From Dubosiella newyorkensis (GTDB lineage Bacteria > Bacillota_I > Bacilli_A > Erysipelotrichales > Erysipelotrichaceae): a stretch of 32,000 nucleotides of DNA. The notes below the pieces were generated by a model, which saw only the letters and a list, made by a program, of their open reading frames with translations, did not search any database and was not told the DNA's origin. Where the stretch lies: contig NZ_MPKA01000044.1 of the NCBI RefSeq assembly GCF_001945605.1, forward strand, positions 60,001 through 92,000, in the 5' to 3' direction. Positions 24,687 through 32,000 of this stretch are shown one piece after another. Every line of letters begins with the position of its first letter. Positions within the stretch are counted from its first letter, which is position 1. The translations under genes were made by a program, and so were the position numbers.

Positions 24687-24732
24687 AGAAATTCCTCCAA
24701 AGTTCAGTATACTATGAACAGGAGGAAAGAAC

Positions 24733-25134
24733 ATGAAAACAACGATCAAGCTTCACATGAGGGCGCAAGAACTCTTCAAGATCATGAAAGACTCTTTGAT
24801 CCAAGAAGTCGAAAACGCGAATCTCAAACATTTTGATCCAAAACAGATCGGGAAAGGTTTTTCCTATACAAAAAAGTCAAAAAACCGAAATGTCCAAGTG
24901 CGCATCGATGCCTGGAAAGAAAATCAAGAATATAAAGCCACCTTCACGAGCGGAAAGGATGCGATCCAGATCACTTATTTGATTCGCGAAATCGATGCAC
25001 AAACGATCGAAGTCACCTATATCCACGATGTTTTGAACGCGCCTAAACTCACCCAAAGATGGATGGAAAAAAAAGCGCTCAAGCAAGCCGAGCGCATGTT
25101 AAAAGCAGTCGAATCCTCAGCGATCCAGCGCTAG
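24733..25134 (+). CDS. DUF3284-like small protein (SRPBCC-type fold family), function unknown
   Basis: 133-aa ORF with an AGGAGG RBS. Its pattern (MK..I.L...AQELF..I.DS...E........KQI.KGF.Y.K) resembles DUF3284 as recalled. Confidence 0.55.
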   Translation: MKTTIKLHMRAQELFKIMKDSLIQEVENANLKHFDPKQIGKGFSYTKKSKNRNVQVRIDAWKENQEYKATFTSGKDAIQITYLIREIDAQTIEVTYIHDVLNAPKLTQRWMEKKALKQAERMLKAVESSAIQR

Positions 25135-26484
25135 ATCGCTGGATGTGTGGTTACGCGCCTCTTGAATCGAAGGCAGTCGAGTATAGGCAAACCATAGCTG
25201 GATCGTCATGCACACCCAAATCAGTGGTTCAGACCAGATGACAGCCGTATAGCCAAAGACGGGAATGAGTAGAGATGAAAACAAAAATTTTCCGATCAGC
25301 TCGATGATACTTGAAACAAGGGGCACGATCTTTTTGCCTAGTCCCTGCAAGGCGTTGCGTAAAATGAGAAGGACGGACAGGACGATACAGAATGGGGTGT
25401 TGATCATTAAATACATTCCCCCATTCGATAGGACGACCGGATTGGTGGATCCGCTGATCCAATAGATGATCGACTGGTTAAGAGGGATCACGAATATCGA
25501 GCAGACGATCGCAATCACGGCTCCGATCCGACACGAAATATGAATTCCTTCAACGATCCGTTTATATTGGTTGGCGCCTTTGTTTTGGGCGACAAACGTA
25601 CTCGAGGCCGCCGAGATCGAGGCGATCGGCATCATGATGATCGAAGCGCATTTTCTTGCGGCTGTATGGGCCGCGATCAAGGTGGTTCCTAGACTATTGA
25701 TCGCCGCTTGTAAAATGACGGTTCCAAGCGAAACGATCGACATCATAAAGCCCATGGATAGACCTTGGCCGATGAGGTCTTTTAATAAGCTTGGATCATA
25801 GGTGAAGGATTGGCGGTTGGGGATCAAAAGCTTTTTCTTTTTAAAGATGTATATGAAACAGATCAAGGTCGATAAAAATTGGGCGATCATGGTCGCGTAA
25901 GCCGCGCCAGCAACCCCGAGATGCAGCTTGGTGATAAAGTAAAGATCGAGGCCAACATTGATCAAGCAAGAGATCAATAAAAAACAAAGTGGCGCTAGAC
26001 TGTCTCCAATGGCTCGAAGCATGCCGGCCGATAAATTATAAAATACGGTGATCGACATGAATAAGACGATGATTTGAATATAGCGCAAGCTTTCTTGAAA
26101 GATTTCTGGAGGCGTATTCAACAGATTCAAGAGAAAGGGCATCAAAGTGTATGCGAGAATCGTCAGGCAGACACTCAGGAGCGCGCTCAATAGGAAGGAA
26201 GAAGCGATGCTTTTTTTGAGTCCTGGTGTATCGGAGGCTCCATAATAATGGCCGGCAACGATCCCAAAGCCGGCTCCGATTCCTGTGGCGAAACCAACGA
26301 CTAAATCGAAGATCGCTGTGGTGGCGCCCATGGCCGCTAATGAAGAATCGCCTAAAAAATGCCCGATCAAGATCGTATCGACCATGTTGTAGAGCGTTTG
26401 AAACAGATTGGAGAAAAATAGCGGAATCGCGAACCATAAAAGACCTTTTAAAATATTGCCATTCAGCAAAGATTGTTGTTTCAT
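25117..26484 (-). CDS. MATE-family multidrug/oligosaccharidyl-lipid exporter
   Basis: The start is at the ATG at 26484 (MKQQSLLNGNILKGLLWFAIPLFFSNLFQTLYNMVDT..., a canonical MATE N-terminus), with an AAAGGAAA RBS. About 12 TM segments are present. Confidence 0.9.
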   Translation of the reverse strand: MKQQSLLNGNILKGLLWFAIPLFFSNLFQTLYNMVDTILIGHFLGDSSLAAMGATTAIFDLVVGFATGIGAGFGIVAGHYYGASDTPGLKKSIASSFLLSALLSVCLTILAYTLMPFLLNLLNTPPEIFQESLRYIQIIVLFMSITVFYNLSAGMLRAIGDSLAPLCFLLISCLINVGLDLYFITKLHLGVAGAAYATMIAQFLSTLICFIYIFKKKKLLIPNRQSFTYDPSLLKDLIGQGLSMGFMMSIVSLGTVILQAAINSLGTTLIAAHTAARKCASIIMMPIASISAASSTFVAQNKGANQYKRIVEGIHISCRIGAVIAIVCSIFVIPLNQSIIYWISGSTNPVVLSNGGMYLMINTPFCIVLSVLLILRNALQGLGKKIVPLVSSIIELIGKFLFSSLLIPVFGYTAVIWSEPLIWVCMTIQLWFAYTRLPSIQEARNHTSSDLALDR

Positions 26485-26515
26485 ATTCACATTTCCTTTC
26501 TTGAATTCAGTATAC

Positions 26516-26552
26516 AAAAAAGAAGTCTAGGCGAACTAGACTTCTTTTGGTT
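26516..26552 (-). terminator. Rho-independent terminator of the glucosaminidase gene (hairpin flanked by A- and T-runs, possibly bidirectional)
   Basis: aaaaagaagtctag-gcga-actagacttctttt. On the minus strand the stem is followed by a T-run. Confidence 0.75.
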
Positions 26553-26580
26553 TTGAAACGATGTTTTCAATTTTGATCGA

Positions 26581-28014
26581 TCATAAGGAAACATAGCCAA
26601 CCATGTTTTCCGTGTAGGGGATCGATACATCGATCTTTCCGTCTTGGATCGGTGCTTCGAGCTGGACTTTGATCGTATTTCCATTTTCTTCGAGCACGAT
26701 AAAGCTTGCCACGCTTCCTTCTGGATACGAGTATAAAACATTTCCTTTTTTATCCTCGACAGATAGTTTTTGGTCGAGCAGCTTCGTTACGATCGAAATC
26801 GAGGAAGCGTCTTTTCCTTCATCAAGATAATAATACATAGATGCCGCTTTTTCGCCCCAATATGGATCGGAGGCGTATTGAACATTGATCCCGCTTCCTT
26901 TATCTCCAAACCAGGAGCCGTGATATCGCCAATCGTTGGGGTTGGCGTATCCTTCTTGTAAAAAGTGCTGCGCGTGTTGTTCAACGCAATCGTTCAGGTC
27001 GGCATAGAGAGTTGCTTGGTCTGGGTTGGAATCATAGGCTTCGTGACCAAACACATTGTGCTGTTCGATGGCGTATTGGCTTTGTCCATAGCCGCTTTCA
27101 TTGCAGGCTAGGGCGAACATCATCGTTCCATTCATATAAACTTGATCTTGCACAGCCATGAAAAGAGGTTGTTGATCGTAAAGGACGGATTCATTTTCAA
27201 GGCAAGGGTAAGCGCTCGCAAGCTGATCGATTCCTTTTTGTTCCCACAAAAATGTGTTGAAGCGATCGGAAGCTGCATGGCTTTTGCTTCGATGCGGGAC
27301 ATATTGATAAAAATTGAAATAAGGTTCTTGGTTGATCGCGTTGGCGTGCTCGTTATGTTGAACATCTTGGCTCATCGATTTGAAATCCGTATAAAAATAA
27401 TGGCCATCATACGAATAATAGGTCGTATCGTCTTCTATGAATGGAGGAACCGGTCCGATGCCGTAGGCGATCGCCTCATTTTCTAGAAGATTCAAGCACA
27501 CTTGATGGACGAGAGTGTCTTTGTTTTTGGTATAGGAAGACAGAGTATAGTTTGGATCGTATAAGAGCAGATCGATCGAATCGACATCGACCCAGCCTTT
27601 TACGCCGGCCATCTGAAAGAGGACTTGTTTTCCATCTTGGCTTGTATCAAGATACAAGCCGTCCGAGCCATAGTTTCCATTCAAGTAGCCGTTTTCTCCG
27701 TTTTCCATCGTATATTCGGTGTTTTCACTGGCATCTTTTGTGTGAAAGTTGACAAGGCCTTCCTTGATCGCGACGACTTTTCCTTTTTCGTTTTTAATGC
27801 ATACTTGTTCGTGATCGATCGCCTTCATTTTGCGTTTGGCGAATTCAAAATGCTTATAGGTGGCGACTTCTTGGGGATCTTCTTTGTAGTCGATGACGGT
27901 AAAGACGCCATTTTCTGTGATCTTGAAGCCTAGATAAGCCACTAAGATAAGTAGAAGGAAAAGAGCGGGGATCCAGATTTGTTTGCGGATCTTGCGTTTT
28001 GGTTTTTTTTGCAT
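26581..28014 (-). CDS. Membrane-anchored peptidoglycan hydrolase with a GH73 (mannosyl-glycoprotein endo-beta-N-acetylglucosaminidase) domain
   Basis: 477-aa ORF with an N-terminal basic segment plus TM helix (KKPKRKIRKQIWIPALFLLLILVAYLGF). The C-terminal region ACNESGYGQSQYAIEQHNVFGHEAYDSNP...NVQYASDPYWGEKAA matches the glucosaminidase (LytD/AcmA-type) signature. Confidence 0.85.
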   Translation of the reverse strand: MQKKPKRKIRKQIWIPALFLLLILVAYLGFKITENGVFTVIDYKEDPQEVATYKHFEFAKRKMKAIDHEQVCIKNEKGKVVAIKEGLVNFHTKDASENTEYTMENGENGYLNGNYGSDGLYLDTSQDGKQVLFQMAGVKGWVDVDSIDLLLYDPNYTLSSYTKNKDTLVHQVCLNLLENEAIAYGIGPVPPFIEDDTTYYSYDGHYFYTDFKSMSQDVQHNEHANAINQEPYFNFYQYVPHRSKSHAASDRFNTFLWEQKGIDQLASAYPCLENESVLYDQQPLFMAVQDQVYMNGTMMFALACNESGYGQSQYAIEQHNVFGHEAYDSNPDQATLYADLNDCVEQHAQHFLQEGYANPNDWRYHGSWFGDKGSGINVQYASDPYWGEKAASMYYYLDEGKDASSISIVTKLLDQKLSVEDKKGNVLYSYPEGSVASFIVLEENGNTIKVQLEAPIQDGKIDVSIPYTENMVGYVSL

Positions 28015-28179
28015 AGGCTCATTATACCTTATTGATGAGGATTGAGGTTCTTTTTGTTCTTATTTTGATTTTGAAATTTTGCTCATGAATGATAAAAGAG
28101 AAATTTTTTTGAACTCATTTTCAATGTTAGAAAAACGTAGAGAAAAACGTTGAATTCATTTCTGGAGGAAAAAGAGAGC

Positions 28180-29553
28180 ATGCTGAAGAGAAAAATGGAG
28201 AGAGTTCTAGAACGATGGAAAGAGAATAACGCTCACCATCCCAAAGCACTATGTTTGTTTGGTGCTAGACAGACTGGAAAATCGACACTAGCACGTGTCT
28301 TTGGTGCAAAACGGTACGAACAGGTCATTGAAATCAACCTTATTTTCGATCCAGATGCGAAGCGGATTTTCGAAAATGCAAATGGTGCGAAGGAGATTTT
28401 GCGCAATATCACTAGTTATACGCATAAAACTGTAATTCCGGGACAGACACTGATCATTCTTGATGAAATCCAAGAATGTCCGGAAGCTCGCACAATGATC
28501 GAAGCGCTTGTTGAAGACAATACGTGTGAATATATTGAAACGGGATCGTTACTAGATGTACGGTTCAAAGAAATTCGATCGTATCCTGTTGGTTTTGAGC
28601 AAATCGAATTCATGTATCCGCTGGATTTGGAAGAATTTTTATGAGCGCTGAAAATTTCGGAAGAGACAATTGAATATTTAAAGGATTGTTATGAAAAACG
28701 AAAATCGGTCAGCCAAATCATTCATGAAACACTTCTCAAAACATTTTACAATTATATCGTGGTCGGAGGAATGCCAGAAGTCGTGCAGACGTTTGTAGAT
28801 ACGAATGATCTTTCTCGCTGTATTGAATTACAGAATAATATTGTTCATTTGTATCGCAGCGATATCGCAAAATATGCCGAAAAAAAAGACAAGATCAAGA
28901 TCCGAGATATTCTTGATCAGATTCCATCTCAGCTCGATGCGAAAAATAACCGATTCAAGCTATCGGAAATTTCGAAAAACGCGCGCTATACGTATTTCGA
29001 ATCCAGTTTTCTTTGGCCTGCCAAAGCGGGTGTCGCTCTGCCATGCTATAACTGTATGGCGCCAATTCTTCCGCTCGATCTCAATCGAAAACGAAACCTC
29101 TTCAAATTGTATTTATGCGATACGGGCTTGCCTTGTGCGATGTCGATAAAAAACCTACAGTTTGATCTTCTGCAAGGCAATCTCCATATCAATCATGGAT
29201 CGATCTTGGAAAATGTATTCGCGCAAGAACTTGCATCAAAAAATATCGACTTGACTTATTATGATCAGAAAAAGCTTGGTGAGCTTGATTTTGTCGTTCA
29301 GGATCAGAATCGGATCCATATTTTTGAGATCAAGTCGGGCAATGATTTTCAAAAACATCCAGCGCTTTCGAAAGCAATCGAAAATAAAGAATGGCATCTT
29401 GATGACAACTATGTGTTTTCAAAATCAAATCTCTTTTGCGCGGAAAAGATCACCTATCTGCCATTTTATATGATCATGTTTTTTAAGATCCGCGAACAAG
29501 AAACATTGGTTGGACTAAACGATCTGAGCATGCTGTTCCCACCGCAGTCCTAA
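28180..29553 (+). pseudogene. AAA+ ATPase (AAA_14 plus DUF4143 architecture) interrupted by a single in-frame TGA at 28642-28644
   Basis: ORFs 28150-28644 and 28759-29553 are in the same frame. The 114 nt between them are also open in that frame (ALKISEETIEYLKDCYEKRKSVSQIIHETLLKTFYNYIVVGG...). Walker A is GARQTGKST and Walker B is LIILDEIQE. The probable start is ATG 28180, after GGAGG. Confidence 0.75.
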
Positions 29554-29645
29554 CGGAAAGCGAACAAATCGATTGTTTTGGCTCTTACGATAGGAGCTGC
29601 TTGCCATTTTATGATATAGTGAAACATGGAAAGGACTGGGCAAAC

Positions 29646-30722
29646 ATGGCAAAAATGGACGAAAGGCTCGAATCGATGGTTGAGCGCTATAATGAGATCA
29701 ATGAATTGATGATGCGCAGCGACATCGTTTCAAACCGAAAAGAAATGGCTAAATTAGGCCGCGAACAAAATGAATTGACACCAATCGTCGACACGTATGG
29801 TGAATATAAAAACGCGAAAGCGGAACTGGAAGACGCGCAAAGTCTTCTTCACGAAGACGATAAGGAGATGCGCGAAATGGCTGAAATGGAGGTCGAACGT
29901 CTCGAACCGCTCATTCAGCAATATCTCGACAAGCTCGAACTTCTTCTAGTACCGAAAGATCCAAACGATTCGCACAACGCGATCCTCGAGATCCGGGGAG
30001 CCGCTGGTGGCGATGAAGGAAATATTTTCGCGGGCGATCTTTATCGGATGTACGCGAAATACGCGGAAGCGAAAGGCTGGAAAGTGGAAGTCATCGATAC
30101 GGAAGAAAGCGAAGCTGGAGGATATTCTCTCATTTCATTCAAAGTCAATGGAGATGGGGCGTATGGCATCTTGAAGTTTGAATCGGGTTCGCATCGAGTG
30201 CAGCGCGTGCCGAAGACAGAAAGTCAAGGACGTATTCATACTTCAACAGCGACGGTTCTTTCGATGCCTGAGATCGATGCAGAAGACTTTGATATCGATA
30301 TGAACGATCTTGAAATCGAGACGATGCGGGCTTCTGGAGCGGGAGGACAGCACGTCAATAAAACAGACTCGGCCGTCCGCATCATTCATAAGCCGACAGG
30401 CATCATCGTCAAATGTCAAGATGGACGCTCTCAGCATGAAAATAGGGCGACGGCGCTCGCGACGATCCGTGCTCGAGTCTATGAAGAGCATCAGCGCAAG
30501 ATCGATGAAGAAAACGAGGCGGAACGCCGTACAAAAATCGGCTCTGGAGATCGTGCCGAAAAGATCAGAACCTATAACTATCCGCAAAATCGGGTGACAG
30601 ATCATCGAATTGGCTATACAGTCAATCAGCTCGACCGTATCATGGATGGTCGTTTGGATGACTTGATGGCTGCGTTGCAGTTGGCCGATCAACAAGCGAA
30701 ATTAGCTGGAGAAAAACAATAA
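29646..30722 (+). CDS. prfA: Peptide chain release factor 1
   Basis: The GGQ motif (SGAGGQHVNKTDSAVR) and the RF1 tripeptide-anticodon region RVQRVPKTESQGRIHTS are present. The start was chosen at ATG 29646 (MAKMDERLESMVERY...) after GGAAAGGA. The ORF-track TTG at 29601 is unlikely. Confidence 0.95.
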   Translation: MAKMDERLESMVERYNEINELMMRSDIVSNRKEMAKLGREQNELTPIVDTYGEYKNAKAELEDAQSLLHEDDKEMREMAEMEVERLEPLIQQYLDKLELLLVPKDPNDSHNAILEIRGAAGGDEGNIFAGDLYRMYAKYAEAKGWKVEVIDTEESEAGGYSLISFKVNGDGAYGILKFESGSHRVQRVPKTESQGRIHTSTATVLSMPEIDAEDFDIDMNDLEIETMRASGAGGQHVNKTDSAVRIIHKPTGIIVKCQDGRSQHENRATALATIRARVYEEHQRKIDEENEAERRTKIGSGDRAEKIRTYNYPQNRVTDHRIGYTVNQLDRIMDGRLDDLMAALQLADQQAKLAGEKQ

Positions 30723-31573
30723 TGGTCACGTATCACGATTTGGTCCGTGAAGGAAAAGAAAGGCTGATCCAGGCTGGGCAAGGCGAACAGGCTGCCCAGC
30801 TTTTGATGGTTGAGCTTTGTTCCCAGAAAAATATCAATTTATATATGGTGATGGATGAGCCTGCCGATGAAGAGATCGCGACCGATTATTTAGAAGGGAT
30901 CCATCAAATGGAGCTTGGTTCGCCATTAGGATATGTGCTTGGCTATGAATGGTTTTATGGCTATCCATTTACAGTGAACAAGGATGTTTTGATTCCTAGA
31001 CCAGAAACGGAAGAATTGGTCGCGCTCGTCCTACAATTATTTGATACGCATTTTGGTGATCGCGATTCTGTAGACGTATTCGATGTGGCGACTGGTTCAG
31101 GAGCGATCGGCATCACGCTTTCGCTCGAAGAACCACGCATGAAAGTCGTCGCTTCGGATATTTCCAAGGAAGCTTTAGAAGTGGCGAAAGAAAACAATGA
31201 AAAACTACATGGGTCGGTCGAATGGATCGAAGGAAGCATGCTCGAACCATTTATCGAGAGAGGAAAGCGGTGTGATATTCTCGTGTGCAATCCGCCCTAT
31301 ATTCCTGTCCACGAAAAAATGGAGCATAGTGTAGTCGATTATGAGCCTCATGTGGCTTTGTTCGGCGGCGAAGATGGTTTGAAATTTTATCGGGACGTGT
31401 TTGAGCATGCAAAGGCGGTATTGAAAGAACATGCGGTGCTCGCCTTTGAAATGGGGTATGATCAAGGCGAACGCTTACGTCGCTTGGCTGCTTCTTATTT
31501 TCCAAATGCCAAGATCGAAATCCATAAAGATCTTTCAGGAAAAGATCGAATGCTTAGTATAGAAATAGAATAG
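30722..31573 (+). CDS. prmC: Release-factor glutamine N5-methyltransferase PrmC/HemK
   Basis: The catalytic motif NPPY (VCNPPYIP) and the SAM motif DVATGSGAIG are present. The start forms a TAATG overlap with the prfA stop codon. Confidence 0.93.
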   Translation: MVTYHDLVREGKERLIQAGQGEQAAQLLMVELCSQKNINLYMVMDEPADEEIATDYLEGIHQMELGSPLGYVLGYEWFYGYPFTVNKDVLIPRPETEELVALVLQLFDTHFGDRDSVDVFDVATGSGAIGITLSLEEPRMKVVASDISKEALEVAKENNEKLHGSVEWIEGSMLEPFIERGKRCDILVCNPPYIPVHEKMEHSVVDYEPHVALFGGEDGLKFYRDVFEHAKAVLKEHAVLAFEMGYDQGERLRRLAASYFPNAKIEIHKDLSGKDRMLSIEIE

Positions 31574-31583
31574 AAGGTGGAGT

Positions 31584-32000
31584 ATGAAACTGAGCAAGAA
31601 TTCACCGTGCTGGTGCGGTTCGGGAAAAAAATATAAACACTGCCACGAAGAATGGGACAATACGATCAATGTATTAAAACTGCAAGAGCAAAAAGTGCCT
31701 GACCACTCTTTGATCAAGTCAAAAGAAGATTTGAAATGGATCCGCAAAGCGGCAAAGATCAACAATGAAGTTCTTGATCTCGTACAAGAAAAGATCCATG
31801 CAGGCATGTCGACAGGCGAGATCGATCAACTTGTCTATAACTATACGATCGAGCACGGGGCTACGCCCGCCTGTCTAGGGTATGAAGGGTTTCCAAACAG
31901 TTGTTGTACGAGTGTCAACGATGAAGTCTGTCATGGAATTCCGGATTTTAACCGCATCTTGAAGGAGGGCGATATTGTCAATGTCGATTGCACGACGATC
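31584..32000 (+). CDS. map: Type I methionine aminopeptidase with an N-terminal SEC-C zinc-binding motif (5' part; continues beyond the window)
   Basis: ATG 31584 follows GGTGGAG. The N-terminus carries SPCWCGSGKKYKHCH (SEC-C motif), followed by MetAP signature stretches (IKSKEDLKWIRKAAKI, ACLGYEGFPNSCCTSVNDEVCHGIP, GDIVNVDCT). The ORF stays open to the window edge and is not in the supplied track. Confidence 0.88.
   Translation, partial: MKLSKNSPCWCGSGKKYKHCHEEWDNTINVLKLQEQKVPDHSLIKSKEDLKWIRKAAKINNEVLDLVQEKIHAGMSTGEIDQLVYNYTIEHGATPACLGYEGFPNSCCTSVNDEVCHGIPDFNRILKEGDIVNVDCTTI

Noticed and set aside
24699-24722. An imperfect dyad, gttca-gtatacta-tgaac, in the 46-bp tatD/DUF3284 divergent gap as a regulatory site.
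   Set aside because: The arms are only 5 bp. The central tatact is more simply a -10 element, and the evidence is too weak to report as a feature.
28035-28088. A 17-codon hydrophobic mini-ORF (MRIEVLFVLILILKFCS) in the gap between the GH73 and ATPase genes. Nearby is a tandem agaaaaacgt repeat (28129-28150), with similar ttgaaytcatttyc motifs at about 28109 and 28150.
   Set aside because: The mini-ORF has no RBS and lies in AT-rich, low-complexity sequence. The repeats are short (10-14 nt) and are consistent with chance or promoter-region A/T tracts. They are not enough to call a leader peptide or a regulatory repeat.
28642-28644. The in-frame TGA in the ATPase gene as evidence for genetic code 4 (UGA read as Trp, Mollicutes-like).
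   Set aside because: parA, parB, glmS and pepF in this window terminate at TGA exactly where their conserved C-termini end. Trp is encoded by TGG throughout, and no other conserved gene contains an internal TGA. The standard code 11 fits, so a point mutation or error is the simpler explanation.
1-32000. Mobile elements, prophage remnants, CRISPR arrays, a toxin-antitoxin pair, or a recognisable defence system.
   Set aside because: No transposase, integrase or recombinase ORFs are present. No terminal inverted repeats or regularly spaced direct repeats were seen. There are no co-directional small gene pairs of the TA type. The only accessory-looking genes are the interrupted DUF4143 ATPase and the XRE/orphan pair, and both are reported separately with modest claims.

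Overview
The window is a chromosomal, mostly housekeeping segment of a low-GC monoderm bacterium (Bacillota-like gene order and strong GGAGG Shine-Dalgarno sites). It uses the standard code 11: several conserved genes end in TGA and Trp is TGG. No rRNA, tRNA, CRISPR array, transposase or integrase is visible.

Gene order:
- A tagF-like 3' fragment and a DUF4230 gene.
- rsmG-parA-parB.
- A glmS ribozyme followed by glmS.
- A DUF5662-like gene.
- A five-gene Opp/Dpp-type peptide ABC importer, a translationally coupled 65-aa membrane protein, and an M3 oligoendopeptidase.
- rpmE, a class I/II aminotransferase, and an Amidase_3 cell-wall amidase.
- comFA-comFC.
- Two tandem TetR genes, divergent from a Q/N-rich membrane-anchored coiled-coil protein.
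- A family-6-like DNA glycosylase, a short glmU-like gene, and prs.
- An XRE regulator divergent from a 115-aa orphan gene.
- tatD, a DUF3284 gene, a MATE exporter, and a GH73 glucosaminidase.
- An AAA+/DUF4143 ATPase gene broken by one in-frame TGA.
- prfA-prmC and the start of a SEC-C-motif methionine aminopeptidase.

Nothing here can be defended as a clear novel multi-gene system. The observations most worth a second look are:
- the single in-frame TGA in the ATPase gene
- a GlmU homologue that lacks the acetyltransferase half
- the coupled TetR pair, its roughly 27 % GC patch, and the divergent orphan coiled-coil membrane protein
- the triple TAGGTAT operator-like array between the XRE gene and the orphan ORF
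- a CodY-box-like perfect palindrome inside the opp operon
- a very strong over-representation of GATC across the window
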